From: Eledone cirrhosa
Taxonomy: Eukaryota
Length of the DNA stretch: 64,000 bases
Direction of reading: 5' to 3'
Assembly (NCBI GenBank): GCA_964016885.1
Contig: OZ024741.1
Span: 352,656,001 to 352,720,000, forward strand
The first letter of the stretch is position 1, and every line of letters starts with the position of its first letter. The notes under the pieces are model-generated. The model saw only the letters and a list, made by a program, of their open reading frames with translations, ran no database searches and was not told the origin of the DNA. Made by a program: the position numbers and the translations under genes. Below are positions 40,066 to 52,398 of the stretch, piece by piece.

Positions 40066-40396
40066 ATCTGCCAAACAGCCATAGGCAATAACTTACACTA
40101 AAATGTTCAAGGTAAACAATAATGATCAAGTTCAATCAAGAAATGCTGTGTGTGATTGTCCTAACAATATTTACAGAACCTAGTATATGCTATTTTCTGG
40201 AACATGCATAGATCTATTCTTATTAATAATCAATTTGTCAATGTTTTTACAGAAATTGTTGTGTCAATTACAAATGTCATGATTGACATCTCTTATACTG
40301 GTGTATACAGACAGCTAGGTTGGTATAATTGCTTAGCTTTTCAGCTCACTTCTGCACAACATTATAGTGATTTCATATTTCTATATCGATAATTAT

Positions 40397-40672
40397 GAAG
40401 GTGTGTGGCTTAGTGGTTAGAGAGTTGGATTTATAATCGTGAGGTTGCGAGTTCAATTCTTGGACTGGGTGATGTGTTGTGTCCTTGAGCAAGACACTTT
40501 ATTTCATGTTGCTCTTTCTGCCAGGAGTTGCGACTGATAGATAGTATCAGGAATGGAAAGACCAATGGAAACATTGTTTCCTTGATCCAATTTGATGAGG
40601 TCCACCCTACTCAGCAAGTGAATAAGGTTTGGGATCTTGTCGATTGATCGGAGCGATATCTATAATTATTAT
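40397..40672 (+). mobile_element. tRNA/CORE-like SINE, family C, full length
   Basis: Head gaaggtgtgtggcttagtggttagag, core ccttgagcaagacacttt, distinct body, (ATT)n tail. Homologous to 53863-54081. Confidence 0.85.
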
Positions 40673-41197
40673 TGTTTTTGCAGTTCACAATTGTGTAGAA
40701 TTAGTTGGTTTCATTTGAGTTTTCTTGGATGTTTTACTGATAGGAGCCCAACTCCTATCATGTTACTATTTGTCCAGTACAGAAGATAGGATTTGAACTC
40801 AAAGCACATAGAAGCAGAATAAATACTGCCAGGTAGCTTATCTGATGTTATAACAATTTTAGGTGTCCCTGTCTTATCACTTCACCATTTTCCCAGTAGA
40901 GATGGGATTTTAATTCAGATAGATGCCTCAAGGCATCCCATCAGATGCTTTTAAACTCAGTGGAATTTGACTTCACAGTGCAGATAGCCAGAATAAATAA
41001 TACTAAGTATTTAATCTACCACTTAGATGTTCTTGCTAATTCACTACCTAATGATTATTATTCTTTTATCATTATTTTCTTATATCATTGAGCTCTTTCT
41101 GTGTCATTACCAATCTGCCCCTCTTTCTGGGGGCTAATTATGGCTTCATTGTTTTTTTACTATTGTTTTTCTTTTTGTTTTCTGTCATTTTCTGTAG

Positions 41198-41310
41198 GAC
41201 AATGTCAATGTGTTCCTTGAGGCGTGTCGAACATCTTTCGGCCTGACTAACACTCAGTTATTCGACAGCTGTGAATTACAGGACTTATCCCAACGAGCAA
41301 TTGCAGACAA
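41198..41310 (+). CDS. LMO7: Internal coding exon (113 nt) of the LMO7/LIMCH1-like gene, CH domain continuation
   Basis: Long pyrimidine tract ending tctgtAG (41196-41197) and donor aa|GTAAGT at 41311. Phase 0 in, matching exon 8841-8910; phase 2 out. Encodes DNVNVFLEACRTSFGLTNTQLFDSCELQDLSQRAIAD versus recalled LMO7 [33 protein letters not shown]. Confidence 0.9.
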
Positions 41311-41514
41311 GTAAGTTTCAACCCTCTACAAAAACTTTGTTGTTGCTGTTGTTTTTCTTTGTTTTTATTATTTTTTTACCTTTTAATTTTATTTAATTTG
41401 TTTTTATTTCTTATTTTTGTTAAGATCGTTAATGTTATTATTTAAGTTGTTGCTGTTCACATTACTTCTGTATATAAAAATCTATGTGTGTGTGTATGTG
41501 TGCATGAATATAGT

Positions 41515-41800
41515 CAGCAGTATAGTAAGGCAATCAAGGATACGAAGACAGGCAAAGCAGCTGGAACTTCGGGGATAGTTGCTGAGATGCTGGAAGTATC
41601 TGGGATGGTGGCTCACACCTTAACCACCCATGTTGTAAACCAAGTAATACAAAACGGTGTCAAACCCAATGACTTGCATAACATCATCATCATCAACTAT
41701 TACATGGGCAAAGAAGATGCTCTAGACATAAAAAAGCATAGAGGCATCAAGTTGATGGACCAGCTCATGAAGGTTTCCGCAAAGAGTTATAGTGCAGCAT
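41515..41800 (+). mobile_element. RTE LINE internal fragment
   Basis: SKAIKDTKTGKAAGTSGIVAEML..RGIKLMDQLMKV, homologous to the end of ORF 54349-56172. Confidence 0.85.
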
Positions 41801-42063
41801 TAAAAATTACAGGCTGACTGATGGGTTGGAGTAAGATCCCTTGACCAAAGTGCCTAGCAGTTGGACTGAACCTGAAACCATGTGTGTTTATATAGTGTGT
41901 ATGCATTACATATAAGTTTATTGGCTGTCATTGAGTCACAGGCTTTATATCAGGGTTTTCCTTCTAGAATGACATCCAAACAAGAACTAGGGGGCTCGCA
42001 CTCTTGGTGGGCTAACTGCTTGCTCGGGCACCAAACTGAAAATTTCAATTTTCCCTCACACAT

Positions 42064-42108
<45 letters not shown>

Positions 42109-42400
42109 TGAACATATACATATATGTACATACATTTATACATACATATACACATATGTATAAACATATATACATACATATATTTATAAAGACACGCACG
42201 TTATGTGTATGTGTGCATTTTTGTAGTTTAATGTAGTGAAAGTTACAGTATTCTATGACAATTTTTGTCATTCTCTTTGTGTGTGTGCGTGCATGCGCAC
42301 ATCACTTATGATTATATGTATGTGTGTCGTATGTATGTATGTGTGTGTGTTTGTATGTATGTGTAAATACGTGCACATATGTGTATGTATTTATATGCAT

Positions 42401-42748
42401 ATCATCATCATTTGATCATTTCATTTTACTTCCGCTTTTTCCCTGTTTGCAAGGGTGGGATGGGAACTGATTCTGGCTTGATTTCTACAGCTGGATGCCC
42501 TTCCTAACACCAACCTCATTTACAGTGAGTGCTGAGTGCTTTTTTTGCCGTGGCACCTCCACGACCACTTTGCAGTGGAATGATATGGACTCCAGTCCCT
42601 ATCATCTCATTTCTACAGCTGAGTAAACTGGAGCAATATGAAATAAAGTGTCTTGCTCAAGGAAACAACACATCACCTGGTCTGAGAATTGAACTCGCCA
42701 CCTTTCGATTGCAAGGCTAATGCTCTAACCACTAAGCCATGTGCCTCC
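42401..42748 (-). mobile_element. Full-length family A SINE
   Basis: Near-identical reverse complement of 6307-6644. Confidence 0.92.
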
Positions 42749-42951
42749 ATATATGTGTGTATATATACACGTATTTGTATATATATATATATTATTTGAT
42801 ATATCTCTGAAATGATACAGCCAATTTTCCACACAATACAATTAGTTAACACCCTGAACATTTAATTAGGAATATACTCAGGTATTTCCTAATGTTTGTT
42901 GAGTGAGTTGGAATTTGGCCGGAGTATCGCTATTAGCTTTCTCCGATTATG

Positions 42952-42995
<44 letters not shown>

Positions 42996-45287
42996 GGAAC
43001 CTATATAGAACAGGGGAACTCCATAGCAGCAGGCTAATAGATCAATTTTAATAAACCAATCACCTCTTTTATGGCATTGAGTATTCCTCTCGTTTGTCAA
43101 TACTAACACACACAATCATAGTTGTTGAAGTGATTTTCTTTCATAGTTTTGTTGTTAAATAATATGAAATTTTTTGAAACCTAATTTTATGTTAAATTAT
43201 TTATGTTTTATAACACACATACAAGCTCATATTAACGTTTTAAAATATAATGTAAGAAGTAAAGGGCCGAAACACTCACTTGAGTGGGATTTCTTTTCTG
43301 AAGACCTTCTGCTGTCTAGTTTACCTGAGTTTCTTACTACATCTGCTTAGAAGACAAAGTGAAGTGTTTCTTGTTTGTTTTCTTCTTTAGTACTGCATTT
43401 ATCATGATGCAAATGGTCAATTATTAGAATTTTTAAGGGGAAAAAAAAAGACCCCCCCCCACACACACACAAAAAACGTTAAAACTATTTTGAAAATTTG
43501 CAGTTTTTCCAGTTAATTTAGTTATATGTAAATAACTTTCCTCATATTACTTGCTGCTAAATAGCATTAAATGCATTTTAAAAAAAAAACAGGTTTGATA
43601 TAGTTATGATGTAAAGCCTAGAGGATGGTCTGGAAGAAAACTGATTTTTTTAAAAATCTATTATTTCATTGTTTAAATGTGTTTTTAGTTAGACAATGGA
43701 AGGGTTGATAGGGCATTATTGCTGAGTTGTGCTTAAGGCATCAGATGGCCTTAATCCTGACATCCGGTCTTCTATTCCTGCTTTATAAAAGTTGATTGTA
43801 CTTTGACTCAACCCCAACAAGCATCTGTTTCAATCTCTAGCCATGACAGAACACTAACTCCACACAGACAGAAAATCATAGATGCTCAAATAAAAATGTC
43901 ACTCTTATACTTGTTTCAGTCATTGGTCAAAGCCATGTTGAGGCACTAACTTCAAGAGTACAGTAGATATAATTTATCCTAGTATTTTTACACTGGTGCT
44001 TATTTTATTTAACTCAAGAGGATGAAACAAACAAGATTTTGGTAAAATTTTAACCCTGGAAATAACTAAATACTGGAAGGCATTTATGCTCATCATTCTA
44101 CAAATTCTGTCATTTCTCTTCAATGTAAAATTGTGAGCCGTTTATGATAGCCACCCTGTTCAATAATAGTTACTGGTTCAATCCTAATTTGGGACCATGT
44201 TTCTATTTAGGAGCAAGATACCTGATGATGAAACATAGATCAAACCAATCTAATATAGATATAAATATTGTGAATATATGTGTGGACCTGAAACTCCTGA
44301 TAGTCATAGGGATGCCATTGGGACATACTTGGTACTTTAAACCTGGTGTAGCCCAACCTTGCTCCAGGTCTGAACTCAGTGGATTTCTGAGAGAGTGAGA
44401 AAATCAAACCACAGTACTAGACTGGTATATTTTTTATTGACCTTGAAAGGTTGAAATGCAAAGTTGAATTCAGCAGGATTTGAACAGAGATAACGCAGAG
44501 TGCCAAAACGTATTCTGCAAAGTGTTCTATCTGATGTTGGAATGACTCTGAAAACTCCCCAATAAATTGTGAATATATATGCTAAAAATGAATTTAATAG
44601 TCCAGAAAAATATCTTAAAAAGTACAACTGATATTAGATATTTAGACATTTAATAGTTATAGTTTATCAAGTCAGATCTTGCAATGACAACCAGTCCAAC
44701 TTAATCTACAGTTTTTTGACGATGGAATGCAAATTGGCTTTAAATCAAATGTGGCAGGGACAGACAGCAACAGGTGGCAGTGGAATGCTATTTAAAAAAA
44801 ATATGATTGGCCTTGAGGAAGCGAGTGCCTCAAATAAGTACAAATCTACTTCTATGAATGAAAATAATATTATAAAAGTTGGCAAAGAGCTTTCTCATAA
44901 GATACTGAACGTGAGAGCAGAGCCAACATAGCATAAGTTGACACCCATTACCTTTCATAAAAAAACCCCTCTGAATTTCAACATAAAGATGTGCAATGCT
45001 GTGTTAAATATGTTGGAAAGAGCTATTAATCTAAATCACTGAAGGTAGTGGATAGGCAGAATTGATAAAGCATCAGATAAAATGCCACTGCAGTATTTGA
45101 TCCTGATCTCTACATTCTGAGTTCAAATCTTGCTGAAGTCAACTTTCCATTTCATCCTTGAAAATAAAGTGCCAATCAAGTACTGGGGTTGATTTACTCA
45201 ACTTTGTCATGCCTCTATAATTATCTGGTTTTGTGCCTAATCTAGATTATTGATGGCAAATCTGTTATGTAAAAAAAAATATTTTAA

Positions 45288-45503
45288 CCCTTTGGAATTT
45301 AAACTGGCTGTATCTGGCCAGAATTTTCTCACCTCTTTCTATTCAAACTGGCCATGGATGGTCACTCATACTGATGTTAAGATATTGTTCTCAAAATAAA
45401 TAATATCAAAATCTCATAGATTCAATATTATGTGAGATAATTATGTAAGATAAAGCCTTTACCACAAAAATATGATAGTATATATAATGTAAATGCTAAA
45501 GGG
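45288..45503. mobile_element. piggyBac-like TTAA MITE, complete (216 bp)
   Basis: TTAA-CCCTTTgGaATTTA ... TAAATGCTAAAGGG-TTAA. Confidence 0.85.
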
Positions 45504-45837
45504 TTAATTCTCTTTACATGTATACATATATTTTAGATTAGGTAGATGCTGGAAATTAAGCAGTTTATTTTTCTAATACTTTTTTTTAATTTTTTATAAA
45601 ACTAGTAGTTTTAATAATCTGTAACTTCAAATTTCGAAATATACTTATAATATTATCATCATCATCAGTCTGTTTTCTGTACTGGTAATTCTTTCTTTTA
45701 TTCTTTTAATGGTTTCAGTCATTAGATAGGGGCCATGCTGGGGCACCACATTGATTTAGTTGTTTATACTGACCCCAGTACTTATCTTTTCTTCTCTGGT
45801 TACTAATTTTATCATTCTCTCTCTTATCAAACTGGTA

Positions 45838-46006
45838 AATAATTGTTTCTACTTTTGGCACAAGGCCAGCAATTACCCAGTGTATTACTGGTACTTTATA
45901 TTATCGACCCCGTAAGGATGAAAGGCAAAGTTAACTCAGAATGGAAAAGGCCGTAACTCTTTTCGTCAAAGCAAGTCGTCCGACCCTCTACCGATACTGC
46001 CAATCC
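45838..46006 (-). mobile_element. Family B SINE
   Basis: Reverse complement of 32991-33167 with a small internal deletion. Confidence 0.88.
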
Positions 46007-46617
46007 ACTGGGATATAAACACAGGTGCAGACACACTCATTTTAAAATGTATATCCTCATATTAAAACCTTCCATCATAATTTTATTTTAGAAATGTTTG
46101 TTAAATAATATTATAAATATCAGCTTACTAATGGAACACTTAGTGATTTTATTGAATTCCATCAAATTTTTAATTATTTTCAAAATTAATTGAAACATAT
46201 AGGCAGTTTATTTCATTAAAAATATAGCAAGGAAAGGGTTAATTTAACCTCTTGTTTTATTGGTACCTATCTATCGACCCTGGAGAGATTATAGGCAAAA
46301 GTTGATCTTGGTGGGATTTGAACTCAGAATTTAAAGAGAGGTAAATATAAATTGGAAGGCTTTTTTGTTTGATGCTCTATCAATCTTCCAGCCTTCCACT
46401 CATATTTAGAATAATTATGGTAATGAAATGAATATTATGATTATGATGTTGATAATAGTGATAGTGTTTGAGTGTATGAGGTTGGGCATGTTCCCTCCAG
46501 TTTGCTGTCTAGACTCAATTGGTCTTTCATCTCTATTCCTTCTTTTGTTGTTGTTTTCTGTTTCTAATCTTCAATCTAATGCACACGGATACCTAAACAG
46601 TCTTGTCACATCTCTAG

Positions 46618-46647
46618 GTCAACATTTGAAGCCGCGTCTGGGAAAAA
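46618..46647 (+). CDS. Candidate 30-nt symmetric (phase 2-2) microexon of the LMO7-like gene
   Basis: Pyrimidine-rich tract at 46520-46580, acceptor tctctAG at 46616-46617, donor aaa|GTGAGT at 46648. In frame after exon 41198-41310 it reads (K)STFEAASGK. There is no homology support, and an alternative acceptor at 46599-46600 is possible. Confidence 0.4.
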
Positions 46648-47743
46648 GTGAGTATATATATATACATATCATGTAATATACATGTATCTGCTGCTGACAT
46701 GAAATGTTCTTTATGGAATGCTGTCCTTTCCTTCCCTCAATACAACACCTTCACCTGTATCACCACCTCCACTTCCACCTTTGTTTCTTGTAATGTAGTA
46801 CCATTATCACAGTATTATCACCATCACTATTGTCAAGCCACAATTCTCACATGAAAATCATTTTTACATCAGCATCCTCATTTCATCCCTTGCCTTTTCT
46901 TGTCCACTCACTAGAAAGACAACCACATTTTACTTCATCAGTCCTTCCACCCAAATCTGCATCATGGTTCTCTTGATCGAAGATGTTTCTGATTTCTTAT
47001 GAAGTATTTATTGTCCTGCTGAATGTAGAAGTATGTTATTGTTCTCTGACAGAGCATGTAAGCATGGTAGTTAATTCTTTTCTTTCATCCCACCTTCCAC
47101 TTTTCAACTTCAATTGTGATATGTGTGTTATGTTTAAGTAAGCTGACTTCTGCCTGGTTGTTGTTGTAGTTGTAGTTATTTTAGATGTTTTAGACTTAGA
47201 TGGATGATCTTAAGCAACCCACACTACATATTTTTTGATTTTCAATTTCTGAAATTTTGCTAGCTTGCAGAGAGAGGGGGAGAGTGAGTGTGTGCATGTA
47301 TGCACATATGTGTGTATCATCTTCGTCATTGTTTAACATCTATTTTCCACATTAGCAAGTCGGATCAGGTGACTGTGTCTTGCCCATACAGAACTGTTTC
47401 TGGCTTGGTTTCTATGGCTGGATGCTCTTCCTAATGCCAAACACATTTACAATGTGGACTGGGTGCTTTTCGTCGTGACACCTACATGACCATTTTATAG
47501 AGTAGACTACGTACTTTTTATTGTAACACTGTAACGACCACTTTACAGGGTGGGCTGGATGTTTTTTGCCACGATACTAATATATACATACATATATATA
47601 TATAGTTCAAGGAGACAACAAACAAGGGTACAAAATCTTATTAGTTTCACACTTTATATTGAAAAGAAGACTATATATAAATGTATGTATGCGTGTGTGT
47701 GTGTATATATATATATAAATGTATGTATGTGTATATATATATA

Positions 47744-48671
47744 CAGGGTGCGGACGACATTGGTTCGCAAGATTACTGTCTAGGAAAAAATAACACAGTC
47801 TAGGAAAAAATAACACAGTCTAGGAAAAAATAACACAGTAGTTTTATTTTTTTTTATTTTTATTTATCAAACTTGGGTCAGTTTGTCTGCAAGACTTGTT
47901 CTTTCGATCTCACTCGATAAACCCGCCATTGACTTTGATGACGGCCTCAAGGCGGCCTCGGAACCGGCTACAGGCCTTCGTCACTGTCCCCCGACTTAGG
48001 CCCCTAAAGGCACTTGTGATCCTGGCCTTCAGATTGTCTTTCGTATTGCAGCTAGATCTGTTGGTGTCTCGTTCCACTGCGCCCCACACAAAGAAGTCGA
48101 GGGGGTTGCAGTCAGGCGAGCTGGGAGGCCAGATGTCAGGTGAAGTGTGTTCGACGAAGTTCTCTGATAGCCAGGCTTGGGTCTTTCGGCTGGTATGGCA
48201 GGGCGCTGAGTCTTGTTGCCACACGTACGGCCTACCTGCAGCTACCTGGCCAATCCAGGGCTTTACTACCTTGCTCAGAACATGGATGTAGCCATTGGTG
48301 TTCAGCTTGAGGCCCTCAGGGAAGAAGTGAGGTGGCATGATGTCACCTTGACTGCTGACGACACCTAAGACCAATGTTGTCACTGGAAACTTTGTCTGCA
48401 TGACTCTGGGCACGTCTTTGTATGAGACAGTGAGCCACCTGTTGTTCTGGGAGTTGATCTTCTGGTCTTATTTGTCCTCCCGGCGCGGATTCCAAGAAGA
48501 ACTCCGTGTCTCCACAAATTTGGAGGTTCAAAATTATTCATAATCAATTATTCTGAAAATAAATAATGGAAATATAGTCACTGTTTTTATGAAGACAAGA
48601 GTGACAACGGAAGTAAAAAAAATTTGCATAAAATTAGCAGTTGAAAATTGCGAACCAATATCGTCCGCACC

Positions 48672-48674
<3 letters not shown>
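47744..48674 (-). mobile_element. Internally deleted Tc1/mariner transposon, DD37D (maT) family
   Basis: 27-bp TIRs CAGGGTGCGGACGA(C/T)ATTGGTTCGCAA with 1 mismatch and TA flanks. ORF 47910-48413 has QQD-x37-D (WPPSSPDCNPLD). The N-terminus MNNFEPPNLWRHGVLLGIRAGRTN starts at 48541, followed by a deletion near 48468. Confidence 0.93.
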
Positions 48675-48709
<35 letters not shown>

Positions 48710-49776
48710 GTATGTATGTGTATGTATATATATATATATCTATATCTATATATATATATATATAGATAGATAGATAATGCACCCAGTACACTCTGTAAGT
48801 GGTAGTACTGGTGCCACTGTAAAATATCCTCAGTATGCTATGTAAAGTGGTCAGTGTTAGGAAAGGCATCCAGTTGTAAAGACCTGCCAATGATGGAACA
48901 TATTAGCAAGATGAGGTACCTTGATCTGTTTAGTCTGACTGTGTCAACTTATTCAACCCATGACAGTATGTAGAATAGACATAAAACTGTAGAATTGGTT
49001 GGAGAGAGATACACATGATGTTATGGGTAAGTTACAAGTGGGATGGGTGAAGAGAGCTGACATGTATAATGTCTTTGGTGTATGGACAAGTGTGATGATG
49101 TTTAAAGTGGTGATGTGTGGTCAGAATTGGCAAACTCATAAGATTTTTAGATAAATGATTTCCACTGTAGGAACAAGGCTGGTATGCAGCACAATTTTGG
49201 TGAGGAGAAAGTCAATTAAATGGTTCCCAGTATTTGACTGGTACTTCATTTTATTGACCCTGAAAGAATGACAAGCAAGGTTAACCTTAGTGACTTCACT
49301 TTTCACCCGTTGTAGCATAATTAACAATAAAAGAATTAAGTCAGTAATAGAACATTGACCAGTTATTTGTGTTCCTGGTAACTTCATTACTGATTACACT
49401 ATCATCATCATCATCACTGTTTAACGTTCATTTTTCCATACTAGCATGGGTTAGACGAGTTATCCTGTAGTGAACAATGCCAAGTCAGGTGACCATGTCT
49501 TGTTCATACAGAACTGATTTTGACTTGGTAATTAATATTCAGTTAAAAAAAAGAATGTACATATACCTCGTGTATCATTTTGGTCTGTTAGTGATCAATA
49601 ACAGGTGTCACCTGCAAGGATTTTAGTCAATCATACTTTGCCAGGTGGTTATTTTATTGATCTAGAAGGGCAAAACTGATCTAAGTGGAATTTGAACTTA
49701 GGATATAACTTTTAAACAAACACACACATGCAAATGTATTTTATTATGATTTTTTTATGCTCTCTTCTCGTTTTTC

Positions 49777-49866
<90 letters not shown>

Positions 49867-49867
49867 A

Positions 49868-51105
49868 TATAATAATAATAATAATGATGAAATTATTGTG
49901 TACAGTGCTCAGGTGCACTACAACTCATCAAAGGTGCATGTATAGTACATAGAATAATGTACAAATGTCAGGAAAATGAACAGTGTATGAGTCATGATAT
50001 AATAATAATAATAATAATGAAATATTGTGTACAGTGCCCAGGTGCACCACAACTCATCAAAAAGTGCATGTACAGTACATAGGGCAATGCACAAACATCA
50101 GGAAAATGAACAGTGCGCGAGTCATGATACACACGTGTGCAGGTGTAGTTTTGGCGTATTTCGGGAAGCATGAGTGTCTTAAAGGATGCAGTATCTCGGC
50201 AGCTAACAACTGACGCAGGCAGTTTGTTCCATGCTTCAGCAACTCTGAGTGTGAAAAAATGTCTACGAAAGTCATGGGAGCTGTGCTGTTTTCTGATTTT
50301 GTAGGCATGTCCACGTGTGTTAGACACATGGAGATCAAAAAGGTGCTCAGGGTTGCAATTGGCGAGATGGTTAATAACTTTGTGGGTATTTACCAAGTCC
50401 ATTGCCAGACGTCGGAGCTTCAATGAATCCATGCCCAGGGAAGCAAGGCGTTCAGAGTATGGTAGGTGTCTGATGGAGGGTATGCGCTTGGTTGCACATC
50501 TCTGAACAGTTTCCAGGAGGTCAATGTTCTGAGCAAGATAGGGGTTCCAGACTGATGATGCGAATTCCAAGTGTGGTCGTACCATAGCTGTATACAGTTT
50601 TAAATAGATGGCTGGAGAGCGGCTAACAAAGGTCTTGCTGAGTGATGCCAAGACACCCTCGGCCTTCTTGACAATCTTAGAGACATGCTTTGTCCAACGC
50701 AAATCGCTGCTGACAGTAATGCCCAGGTCACGTTCACAAGAGGACTTCTTGGTATCAGTGTTGTGGAGGGTGTATGTGGACACTGGATTTTTCCTCCCAA
50801 AATGCATGGTGGTACACTTGTCCACAGCCAGCTTCAGTTGCCAGTCTGTGATCCATTGCTGCATTGTGTCCAGGTCTGATTGTAGGAAAGAGTTGTAGAT
50901 TTCAGGATCTGTCCTCTTGATTTCAAGGTACAGCTTGATGTCATCTGCATATTTCAGTACCGTGGCATTCTGTAAGTTGGCATCTATGTCATTAATATAT
51001 GCCACAAACAAAAGGGGACCAAGAACAGATCCCTGTGGTACACCAGATGACATCTCATATGGTGAAGAATGCTGTCCTAGAACCGTGACTACTTCTTTTC
51101 GGCTG
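49868..51105 (-). mobile_element. CR1-clade LINE, 5'-truncated, uninterrupted RT C-terminal half, duplicated 3' end
   Basis: SGVPQGSVLGPLLF, YADDIKLY, ERDLGI, VRPHLEFASSVWNP, TRGH, FFTLRVAEAWNKLP. (TTA)n tails at ~50001 and ~49868. Confidence 0.93.
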
Positions 51106-51518
51106 TATGTATTTATTATGATTCATAATAAATATTTACTCTGCTTGTATATATATATATATATATAGAATGCATTTTGTTGTTGATATTTTTGTTACAC
51201 ACACGCACACACATACACACACACATGTATATATTATGATACATAATAAATAGTTTTGTTTGTATATATAGAGCACATTTTTTTTTGTTTATATTTTGCT
51301 ACACAGACACACATAAAGCTCTTGTTGACTTAGGATGGATTGGAAAAATTTGAAATGTGTGTCTCAACGAAAATGACCATAATAAGAGTTGCTCATTATA
51401 CTGCTCTAATAGCTGATTATTTATATATATCATCATCATCATCATCAAGCGAACGTAAAATGATGATGATATATATATATAGGTGATTTTATATATATAT
51501 CATCATCGTTTAACAATA

Positions 51519-52285
<767 letters not shown>

Positions 52286-52398
52286 GTGTGTGTATATATA
52301 TACACACACACATATTGTTAAACGATGATGATGATATATATATAAAATCACCTTGCAAGCAGGGAAAAGCTGACATAAAATGAAATGATGATGATGAT

